This document shows positions 16,305-23,639 of a stretch of DNA of 23,639 bases, in pieces. Made by a program: the position numbers and the translations under genes. Origin of the DNA: Gemmatimonadota bacterium (GTDB lineage Bacteria; Latescibacterota; UBA2968; UBA8231). A model generated the notes under the pieces. That model searched no databases and was not told the origin of the DNA. It was given only the letters and a program-made list of their open reading frames with translations. Location of the stretch: the NCBI GenBank assembly GCA_038153405.1, contig JAYOYH010000059.1, positions 1-23,639 of the forward strand, written 5' to 3'. The stretch's first letter is position 1, and the number at the start of each line of letters is the position of its first letter.

Positions 16305-17305
16305 AGCGGCAGGGCGTCGACGAGGCGGCCCGCGCTCTGCCGCATCGGATCGACGCAGGGCAGACCGGTCTCGCGCTCTAGCGCATCGAGCAGGGCCAGC
16401 GCGTCTTCCTCGCTGCGCTTGGAGGTATTGATAGACAGGCCGATCGCGCGGCAGGCGGGGTTGGTCAGCTGTCCGCAGGATTCGTTGAGGCGTATGCACT
16501 CGTCGATGGCCGGAAGTCGGTAGGTGGGCAGGCCGCGCATATGGGCGCGATCGGGATCGTGGCACAGGACCAGCGCGTCGGGCTGCGAGCCGTGCAGCAG
16601 GCCGAGCGATACGCCGGCGTAGGAGGCGTGGAAGAGCGAGCCCTGTCCCTCGACTAGGTCCCAGTGGTCGGCGTCGTTATCGGGCGACAACACCTCGGCG
16701 GCACCGGCGACAAAATCGGATATGATGGCATCTACGCAGAGGCCTTGGCCGGCGATAAAGATGCCCGTCTGGCCGCTGGCGCGGAACGTGGCTTTCATCT
16801 GTCGTGCGCTCATTTCGCGCTCCATGGCCAGCGCGGTGAACATCTTGCCGACCGAACAGTCGGTGCCGACGGTGAGCAGGCGCTTGCCGCTGCGCTTGAT
16901 GCCGCCGGCAATGGGAAAGGTCTGGTCGGAGTAGCGCACGTCGATGAGCTGTGTGCCTTTTTGCCGGGCCCGTTCACCCAGGCCGGGGATAGCCGATAGG
17001 CGGCCGTGCAGACCGCTGGCGATATCGCAGCCCAAATCGATGGCCTGCAGCAGGGTGTCGCGCCATCCGTCGGATAGGACGCCGCCGCGGTTGGCCACGC
17101 CGGCAATCAGCGTTTGTGCACCGGCCGCGCGCGCCTCTTCGAGCGTCATATCGGGCAAACCAATATCGGCCTGACAGCCGGGCAGGCGCAGCTGACCGAT
17201 GCACAGTTCGGGGCGCCAGCGGGCGATGCCATCGGCCGTTTTGGCCGCTAGCTGGTCCGGCGCGTCGCCGAGAAAGAGCAGGTAGGGCGATTTGAGCTGG
17301 ATCAA
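16301..17305 (-). CDS. dgcN: DUF1611-family N-acetyltransferase DgcN
   Basis: PYLLFLGDA...AAKTA.G, TVGTDCSVGKMFT, ASGQTG, VEGQGSLFH.SYAGV, HGSQPDALVLCH. TTG start after AGAGGA. Confidence 0.88.
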   Translation of the reverse strand: MIQLKSPYLLFLGDAPDQLAAKTADGIARWRPELCIGQLRLPGCQADIGLPDMTLEEARAAGAQTLIAGVANRGGVLSDGWRDTLLQAIDLGCDIASGLHGRLSAIPGLGERARQKGTQLIDVRYSDQTFPIAGGIKRSGKRLLTVGTDCSVGKMFTALAMEREMSARQMKATFRASGQTGIFIAGQGLCVDAIISDFVAGAAEVLSPDNDADHWDLVEGQGSLFHASYAGVSLGLLHGSQPDALVLCHDPDRAHMRGLPTYRLPAIDECIRLNESCGQLTNPACRAIGLSINTSKRSEEDALALLDALERETGLPCVDPMRQSAGRLVDALPL

Positions 17306-17377
17306 TGGAGCATTCCTCTGTTAGATGGAAAGCATAACATAGCGATTGGTCGAATTCGAGAAAATAGATGCCTCGCG

Positions 17378-17407
17378 TTGACGCATGAGGGGTCCATGTC
17401 GTACACT
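17378..17407 (+). promoter_or_regulatory. Candidate sigma70 promoter
   Basis: TTGACG, 18 nt spacer, TACACT, upstream of SD AAAGGAA and ATG 17452. Confidence 0.5.
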
Positions 17408-17451
17408 GCCTGCTGCAAATGGGTCGGAGTGCTCATATAGAAAGGAACGTC

Positions 17452-18282
17452 ATGAAATTACAGGTGTATCAATCGTACTGGGGTATGGTGGGGCTGCCGT
17501 TTGGCGGCGATAGCGAATGGAGTATGGCAGAGAAACTAGAACAGATCGCCGGGGCGGGCTTTGACGGCGTCGAGTTTCTCATGGAGGAAAAGGCGCATCG
17601 CGATGCCATGGTGCCGCTGTGCGACACGCTAGGGCTCAAGCGGTCCAACATCGTTTTTCCGTGGACGCCGCAGGAATTTGTCGACGATATCAAGGCGGCC
17701 CAAGACGGCGGCGCATCGCACATCAACCTGCAGCCTATGCCCATGCCGCGTCGAGTGGCCGACGGCGTATCCTATATCGTGCGCTGCATGGATATGGCGG
17801 CGGCTGCCGGGTACCAGCTATACTTCGAAACGCACCGCGACCGCATGACGACGGATATGTACTTCACGCTTGATCTGATCGAGGCGGTGCCCGATATGGT
17901 GCTGTGCGGCGATCTGTCGCACTTTCTGGTGGGGCGCGAATTTGCCGGCCCACCGCTATCGGAGCAAAACCAGCAGTATATGAATCAGATCCTGGAGCGC
18001 TGTGGTGCGTTTCACGGGCGCGTTGCTTCGCGCGAGCAGGTACAGGTGCCCACGGGTTTTGCCCATAACCAGGTCTGGGTAGACCTCTACGAGAGCTGGT
18101 GGGAATACGGCTTTAAGAAGTTCAAGGAGCGTGCCGGCCAAGACGACGTAATGACCTTTGTCGTCGAGTTGGGGCCGCCGACCTATGCCATACAGGGAGC
18201 GGACGGACGCGAGCTGTCGGATCGCTGGGAGGAGGCCGTGCGCATGAAGGATCGCGTGCGCGCCATCTGGGAGCGCTGTTAG
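17452..18282 (+). CDS. Xylose-isomerase-like TIM barrel (sugar phosphate isomerase/epimerase family)
   Basis: AGFDGVE, FETHRDR, GDLSHF, FHGRV, VELGPP.YA. Confidence 0.8.
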   Translation: MKLQVYQSYWGMVGLPFGGDSEWSMAEKLEQIAGAGFDGVEFLMEEKAHRDAMVPLCDTLGLKRSNIVFPWTPQEFVDDIKAAQDGGASHINLQPMPMPRRVADGVSYIVRCMDMAAAAGYQLYFETHRDRMTTDMYFTLDLIEAVPDMVLCGDLSHFLVGREFAGPPLSEQNQQYMNQILERCGAFHGRVASREQVQVPTGFAHNQVWVDLYESWWEYGFKKFKERAGQDDVMTFVVELGPPTYAIQGADGRELSDRWEEAVRMKDRVRAIWERC

Positions 18283-18309
18283 GACCTGCTCAATACGGCA
18301 ATAGCCTCT

Positions 18310-18341
18310 AATCCCCGGTCCGCTCTGGACCGGGGATTTTT
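18310..18341 (+). terminator. Rho-independent terminator between convergent genes
   Basis: AATCCCCGGTCC-gctct-GGACCGGGGATT perfect stem running into a T-tract. Confidence 0.85.
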
Positions 18342-18353
18342 GCATGCGGTGCT

Positions 18354-18707
18354 CTATTCGAGCACTTCTATTTCGTCGGGTAGGTTGGGCACCATGCAGA
18401 GAAACTCAAAAGGCTCTTTGCCCTCGGTTCGGTACCAGTGCGGCACGCCGGCGGGAATGTAGACCACGTCGTCCGGATGCACTATAAACTCCCTGTCGCC
18501 AATGCCGATGGTGGCGCTGCCACGCAGGACGTACTGCTCGTGCTCAACGGTATTGGTATGGCGCGGCATGCCGCCGCCAGGTTGCATGACAAAGCGGCGC
18601 ATGGCAAAGTGTGGCCCCTGCTCAGAGCCGATGAGCACCTGGCGTTGGGTATCTTTGCCGCCCCCTACCGTTTCGAAGGGCAGTTGGTCGGCGTGGCGCA
18701 CGGACAT
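18354..18707 (-). CDS. Cupin-domain protein
   Basis: FAMRRF...PGG.MPRHTN.VEHEQYVLRG, VYIPAGVPHWY. Confidence 0.9.
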   Translation of the reverse strand: MSVRHADQLPFETVGGGKDTQRQVLIGSEQGPHFAMRRFVMQPGGGMPRHTNTVEHEQYVLRGSATIGIGDREFIVHPDDVVYIPAGVPHWYRTEGKEPFEFLCMVPNLPDEIEVLE

Positions 18708-18802
18708 GGTATGACTCCTGGATATGCGGTGGAGTGGATGCAGACAGGGCTGCGCAGCAACCTCTTGGGTTTACTGCGCAGCCGTGGATCAATAAGGCCA
18801 AC

Positions 18803-20056
18803 CTATTCGCGCGTAATAATGGGTGACTGACTGGCGCGCTGAAAGAGATCGGCGAAATCGCCGCTGCCGTCGTCGTCGACCAGCACCGTATTACAGCCCC
18901 AATCGTCGACCGGCTGGTTGCCTTTGCCGAAGAAGTTCCACACTTGGCCGTTGTTGGTGAAGTAGACGCAGATTCCGCCCGGCCGCGTGGTCTTAATCAG
19001 GCGGCGCGGCAGCGCGTGGTCGGCCTTGTCGACGCGATACTTCTCGAGGATATGCTCATCCATTTCGACGCCCAAACCGGGTGCTTCGGGCACCTGTGCG
19101 TGGCCGCCAACAACGGGTATGCGCTCGGAGAGCAAATGGTGCTCGTAGAGTTCGTGACAGGTAATGGTTGGCCACTGGGCGTGCGTTAGCACGGCACTCA
19201 GATGCAGCGAGAGCGCTGTGGTCGGCCCCGCGCCAACCATCTGTAAGAAAAAAGGCATGTTGAGAGAGCCGGCCGTGTTGCCCTGGCGCATGATTTGCGA
19301 GACGCCGCCGCCGAGCACATAGCCGTCGCAGACGCCGCCCATTTCAATGCCTTCGCGCGGACCGATGACGCCGTAGTGGTGGGCGATGGCGCTCTCGATT
19401 TGCGTGCGAAGGTAGCGGTTGCCGGAGGCGTCTTCGCGCGGGATGGGGTCCTCAAAAATCTTGATCTTGGGAAAGGTGCGTTCCAATTCGCGCAGAATGG
19501 GAATCGCGTTGGAGGCGTTGTTGAGAAAGGCGTTCCAGTCGGCGTCAATGCGGAAGTGGTCGGGCGTGGCCTCGGAGATGCGGCGAATAGTCTCGTAGAC
19601 GTCAAACCACGGCCGCGTTTTGATTTTTATGCAGGTGTAACCCAACTCGACGGCGGTGCGCGCTTCGATTTCGTATTTCTCCGGTGACATGTCGTGGTCC
19701 CAAAACGAAATGGCGCACCAGTCGCGGCATTTCGGTCCGAGCAGGCGATAAACAGGCACGCCGGCCAGCTTGCCGGCCGCGTCAAAGAGCGCCATCTGCA
19801 GGCCGGCGCCTAGGCTATCGTCCCACATCGTTTCAAACGGCGTGCGGCCGACCACGCGCTCGTGGTTGTTGACGCGCCCCCAGGTGTAGTTCTGAATAGT
19901 CTCACCCCAGCCGACGATGCCGGCGTCCGTTTCGACGCGGGTGATTTCTAACTCAGACCAGGTGTGAATGCCGGCGCGCTCCATTTCCAGGCGAACGCGA
20001 TCGACAAAGGGAACTTGCAGCGTAAAGCGCTCGACGTGAGTTACTTTAGCGGTCAT
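18803..20056 (-). CDS. Mandelate racemase/muconate lactonizing enzyme family protein
   Basis: VETDAGIVGWGE, MALFDAAGK.AGVPVYRLLG, KIKTR, IDAD, FEDP, VPEAPGLGVE. Confidence 0.85.
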   Translation of the reverse strand: MTAKVTHVERFTLQVPFVDRVRLEMERAGIHTWSELEITRVETDAGIVGWGETIQNYTWGRVNNHERVVGRTPFETMWDDSLGAGLQMALFDAAGKLAGVPVYRLLGPKCRDWCAISFWDHDMSPEKYEIEARTAVELGYTCIKIKTRPWFDVYETIRRISEATPDHFRIDADWNAFLNNASNAIPILRELERTFPKIKIFEDPIPREDASGNRYLRTQIESAIAHHYGVIGPREGIEMGGVCDGYVLGGGVSQIMRQGNTAGSLNMPFFLQMVGAGPTTALSLHLSAVLTHAQWPTITCHELYEHHLLSERIPVVGGHAQVPEAPGLGVEMDEHILEKYRVDKADHALPRRLIKTTRPGGICVYFTNNGQVWNFFGKGNQPVDDWGCNTVLVDDDGSGDFADLFQRASQSPIITRE

Positions 20057-20160
20057 GTATTAGAGCCTTTTTATGAGTGGACGGGTCTGGCCGCACGCCC
20101 GCTCGTACGAGAGGCGATTCCGGCTAGGCCGCGCGCTGTGGGTGTATGCGAAAGGGGGCT

Positions 20161-20189
20161 AGTTTGGGTAAGGAAAGGTGCGGTGTCAA
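20161..20189 (-). promoter_or_regulatory. Candidate sigma70 promoter for the enolase-superfamily gene
   Basis: Minus strand TTGACA, 17 nt spacer, CAAACT. Confidence 0.35.
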
Positions 20190-20312
20190 GGCGTTGGTCG
20201 GACGCGCGAATCTTGGCTATTTGCCGGCTGGATATAAGCATTTGTGCAGCAGAGGCCGATGGATTACGCGTGGCGCGTTGTGGGGCATTGCGAGGAGAAG
20301 TGCTTAGGGAAA

Positions 20313-21551
20313 CTAATTTGCGCCGAAGTCGATATCCGGATACAGGGTTTTGGCACAGTCGGGACAGATGCCATGGCTAAAGTCTAACTGTGAGTGACGG
20401 CTGATATACATCTCGATTTTGCTCCAGTACCCGTTGTCGTCTCGCACGTTTTTACAGGAGGCACAAATGGGTAAGAGTCCGCTCAGAACCTTCACGTCGT
20501 CTATGGCAGCCTGTAGCTCCTGTGTTAGACGCTGGTTTTTAAGTTCGGCTTCTTTGCGCAGCGTAATGTCTGCGCGGGTGCCCGAAACGCGAAGCGGCCT
20601 GCCGTCTTCGGTCCAACGCATAACTTGGCCACGGTCCAACACCCACTTGTAGGAACCATCTTTGCACAACACTCTGTGTTCGTTTTCGTAAAAAGGAGTA
20701 TCGCCCTTTAAGTGAGCCTCGAGGTCGGCGTATACGGCCTCCTTGTCATCGGGGTGAACGCGCTTATCCCACTCTGAAAGTCTATTCGCTATTTCGTCGT
20801 CAGCGAATCCCAGCATTGATTTCCACGTTTGCGAGAAGTAGACCTCATCCGTGATGGGGTTCCAGTCCCAGAATCCCAGTTGACTGCCCTCCAAGACCAA
20901 ACGCAGGCGGTCTTCGCTGGTTCGTATAGCGACCTCTTGCTTTTTTGATTGAGCTATCGAGTCGAGCAAGCCCTCTTGAAAGGTTACCAAAGCGGCCGCT
21001 AGTGATCCAGAGGCAATAAGCCAAGCTGTGAGCGATACGGCCCACCCAGAAGGGGATAGAGCGTATTTAGTTGGGTTGAACGGGTAGGATAGATGCCCAT
21101 TGACGAATAGCGCAGCTATGACAATGGTTGCGAATCCCATGAAGGAGAGGATTCCGATGGCTTCGCGGCGACCGCAAAAAATAGCGGATAAAGGTGCTAT
21201 GATTACAGCAAAGCAGATTCCCCCTGCCACTAAGCCGAATTGGGCCATACCTGTAAGTGCGACGAGCGTATTGAGAATCACAATGGTTCGCGACAGGAAG
21301 GCATAAGGCAATGAGTGGCGCAAGAAGGTTATAGTCCAGTAAACAGCGGACAATGCTACATGGGCGATCATAACAGGCTGAAAGCCGATATCGCCAATTC
21401 TGTATAGGCTAGCTGCCAATGCAGGGCATGCTATAATCGACGCCACGATAAAATATACTTTGCAAATGTTTGTTCGAATAACATTCGCATCATCTAAGAC
21501 GAGACGATCTATCTGGTCGTGTTGGTCGAGAGTATTTTTTTCTGAGTTCAT
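20313..21551 (-). CDS. Membrane sensor with PAS/PAC domain and C-terminal Cys/His (putative metal-binding) module
   Basis: About 5-6 TM helices; PAS motifs GFWDWN...YFS..WKSMLG...W..RVHPDD...E.RV.CKDGSYKWV.DRG...G...DIT.RK.AE; tail LSGLLPICASCK.VRDD.GYW..IE.YI..HS...FSHGICPDC. Confidence 0.85.
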   Translation of the reverse strand: MNSEKNTLDQHDQIDRLVLDDANVIRTNICKVYFIVASIIACPALAASLYRIGDIGFQPVMIAHVALSAVYWTITFLRHSLPYAFLSRTIVILNTLVALTGMAQFGLVAGGICFAVIIAPLSAIFCGRREAIGILSFMGFATIVIAALFVNGHLSYPFNPTKYALSPSGWAVSLTAWLIASGSLAAALVTFQEGLLDSIAQSKKQEVAIRTSEDRLRLVLEGSQLGFWDWNPITDEVYFSQTWKSMLGFADDEIANRLSEWDKRVHPDDKEAVYADLEAHLKGDTPFYENEHRVLCKDGSYKWVLDRGQVMRWTEDGRPLRVSGTRADITLRKEAELKNQRLTQELQAAIDDVKVLSGLLPICASCKNVRDDNGYWSKIEMYISRHSQLDFSHGICPDCAKTLYPDIDFGAN

Positions 21552-21721
21552 TAGAAATGTGAAGTTGAGATATATTGCTGATGCACGATAATTGGCTACC
21601 AGTCAATAAGTAAGATAATCAAACGTTATGCCGAATAATAATAAGAAAAATCGAGCATTGTGGGAGATTGTACGTTGTTTATGGCGGGGGTTGACCGCAG
21701 GGCGCTGTGGATGATTGCAGA

Positions 21722-22111
21722 CTATGGCAGCAGGGGTTCGTGAAAGTAGTAGCACAAACCGTCGGGTGCGATTACAAAAAACACCTGCAGCTTTTTGCCG
21801 TCGCGCTCATCGATTCGCCAGTTGCCAATTTCGACGCCTCTGGCCTCTAATTCTTCTCTCACGCCCCGAATATGGCTGACCAAAATGGCGGCGCCGTCCT
21901 GCGTGGGGTCATTGCCGTTGACGGCAAAGCCAATCTGGACGCCGTCGCGTTCGAGTAGGACCGTTGGAACGGGTGCCTTTTTGCGGCTGATCTCGACCAT
22001 GCCAAAGTGGGTTGTATACCACTTGGCTGCCGCATCTATATCACTGACTGGAAGGGCGAGAACGTCTTGCTGGTAGGGAACCGCCGCTTTGAATGCGTGT
22101 ATTTCCGTCAT
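21722..22111 (-). CDS. VOC/glyoxalase family protein
   Basis: LPVSDIDAAAKWY...FG, V..I......L.ARGV, FFV.APDG..YYF. Confidence 0.8.
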   Translation of the reverse strand: MTEIHAFKAAVPYQQDVLALPVSDIDAAAKWYTTHFGMVEISRKKAPVPTVLLERDGVQIGFAVNGNDPTQDGAAILVSHIRGVREELEARGVEIGNWRIDERDGKKLQVFFVIAPDGLCYYFHEPLLP

Positions 22112-22193
22112 CGTATAGCCTTTGGAAGATTATGCTGCGTTGATCAATAGACACTGCTGCTTGGGGAAGACAGCACCTTCGTCTCTCACCCCC

Positions 22194-22730
22194 TTATTCG
22201 TTTCTTAGTGGATCCCAAGGCGGGGGGTAATCTACCTGTCCACGGACCTGGTCCAAGGCACCGTCTTCAAGCGCCAAGGCCAGGTCGTGATCAGACTGAA
22301 AAACGGTGCAAAGGTGGAACGCGCCAATAGGTGCAAAACCGAATTGCGCGTAATAGGTCAGGCTGCCCTGAACAAACGCCACTCTATAGCCGGCATGCTG
22401 ACATGCGGACAAGCCCTGCTGGACCAACATGGAACCGATGCCCTGTCGTTGGAAGGCCGGCGATACGCCTAGCGGCGCGAGCGCGCATGCGCGCATGTGT
22501 GGATGGTCTACAAGGCGTACGCCGCTAAAAAAGACGTGTCCGACGAGCAGATCATTCTGCAGGGCGACCAGGGAGATATTGGGTCCGAACCCTGCCTGTG
22601 CGCGCAGCCTTTCGACGAGGTCTGCCTCTATATCGCCGGTGCCATAGGCCGCGCCGAACGTCTCGACTATGAGACCGCGGATCGCCGCAAAGTCGTTGGG
22701 TGTTTCTCGTCTGATTGTCATTTCGCCCAT
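22194..22730 (-). CDS. GNAT N-acetyltransferase (YhbS-like)
   Basis: IRRETP.D, E..LV.RLR, SLVA....VGHVFFS, LAPLGVSP.FQRQGIGS.L, V.G...YY.QFGF. Confidence 0.88.
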   Translation of the reverse strand: MGEMTIRRETPNDFAAIRGLIVETFGAAYGTGDIEADLVERLRAQAGFGPNISLVALQNDLLVGHVFFSGVRLVDHPHMRACALAPLGVSPAFQRQGIGSMLVQQGLSACQHAGYRVAFVQGSLTYYAQFGFAPIGAFHLCTVFQSDHDLALALEDGALDQVRGQVDYPPPWDPLRNE

Positions 22731-22740
22731 GTCTTATCGC

Positions 22741-23520
22741 CTATATATAGATCATCGCCTTGCTAAAGAGCACGGCCCGCCCGCCGATATACACCCGTTC
22801 TCCTGCATCTTCGCAAAACAGCTTGCCGCCGCGGGCCGATATCTGCCGAGCGCAAAGCTGCCGCTTGCCCAACCGGGCCGACCAGTAGGGCACGAGCGTG
22901 CAGTGGGCCGAACCGGTTACGGGGTCTTCTAGGATCGCGTCGGTTGGAAAGAATGCGCGCGAGACAAAGTCACAGTCCGGGCCGGGGGCCGAGACGATGA
23001 TGCCAAAGGAAGGCAGGTTCTGTAGCAGGGCCCATACGGGCTGGCACTGAGCGACCTGTTGGTGGGCATTGACGATGACCAGATAGTCGCGCGCGAGAAA
23101 GGTCTCTGTCGGCATCAGTCCCAGCCCCTCGACCAGCGCCGGAGGGCATTCGACGCGTTCGCCGGGCCGGGCGGGAAGGTCGAGCACGAGCAGGTCGTCG
23201 CGGCGCTCTACGCGGAGCGGCCCGCTCGCGCTCTGAAAGGAAACGGCCGTCCGTGCGGGTTCGAGGAAATTGAATACGACAAAGGCTGCGGCTAGGGTCG
23301 CGTGTCCGCACAGGTCGACCTCTATCGAGGGCGTGAACCAACGAATGGCGTAGGCCCCGCTCTCACCGACGATAAAGGCGGTCTCCGAGAGGTTGTTCTC
23401 GCGGGCGATGGCCGCCATCGTTGCTTCGGGCAGCCACTGGTCCAGGGGACAAACCGCCGCTGGATTGCCCGAAAACACCGCGTCGGTAAACGCGTCGACG
23501 ATGTATTGGGTCTGCTCCAT
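22741..23520 (-). CDS. PhzF family isomerase/epimerase
   Basis: VDAFT...FSGNPAAV, ENNLSETAF, EVDLCGHATLA, EDPVTGSAH. Confidence 0.93.
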   Translation of the reverse strand: MEQTQYIVDAFTDAVFSGNPAAVCPLDQWLPEATMAAIARENNLSETAFIVGESGAYAIRWFTPSIEVDLCGHATLAAAFVVFNFLEPARTAVSFQSASGPLRVERRDDLLVLDLPARPGERVECPPALVEGLGLMPTETFLARDYLVIVNAHQQVAQCQPVWALLQNLPSFGIIVSAPGPDCDFVSRAFFPTDAILEDPVTGSAHCTLVPYWSARLGKRQLCARQISARGGKLFCEDAGERVYIGGRAVLFSKAMIYI

Positions 23521-23547
23521 GCGGCTTCTCTTATGGGCCTGGTGTGC

Positions 23548-23639
23548 TCAGCCGATAACGCGCATCGGCAGCAGCGCCTTGGCTGGATCGATAGCAAAGT
23601 CCACTTCTACCGAATCGTCGCCGCGGGCAAAGCGGACCT
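23548..23639 (-). CDS. 3' end of an upstream gene (partial, unknown product)
   Basis: Open frame ...VRFARGDDSVEVDFAIDPAKALLPMRVIG ending in TGA, 27 nt before the phzF start, with GC-biased third codon positions. Confidence 0.5.
   Translation of the reverse strand, partial: VRFARGDDSVEVDFAIDPAKALLPMRVIG

Noticed and set aside
16305..16565. N-terminal extension of the 413-aa ORF
   Set aside because: Overlaps dgcN out of frame; family similarity begins at GTG 16304.
23551..23558. GCCGATAA sigma28 -10 box
   Set aside because: Lies antisense within a coding end, lacks a TAAA -35 at the right spacing and is far from the flagellin.

Overview
This is a GC-rich bacterial chromosomal window with about 28 protein-coding genes and no rRNA, tRNA, CRISPR array or transposase. 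The gene content is compatible with an FCB-group organism such as Ca. Latescibacterota, but that is an inference. Left to right: (1) a divergent locus with a partial secreted/outer-membrane protein, two YceI-family proteins and an unannotated 32-aa membrane peptide; (2) a two-gene operon of non-flagellar FliG C-terminal-domain proteins behind a structured ~110-nt leader whose junction strand is complementary to both ribosome-binding sites (top candidate for an undescribed RNA/protein regulatory system); (3) comM/yifB, preceded by a Phd-VapC toxin-antitoxin pair that sits between two copies of the comM 5' region; (4) an AT-richer CyaC-like adenylate cyclase with His-containing membrane anchor and 2Fe-2S domain; (5) purK-purE, SMP-30/gluconolactonase, a probably leaderless O-antigen-ligase-family gene and an orphan flagellin; (6) dgcN-dgcA plus a C39-like peptidase; (7) a TIM-barrel isomerase, a cupin, an enolase-superfamily enzyme, a membrane PAS protein with a Cys/His C-terminal tail, and VOC, GNAT and PhzF genes. 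All calls rest on motif recognition by eye; no searches or folding programs were run.
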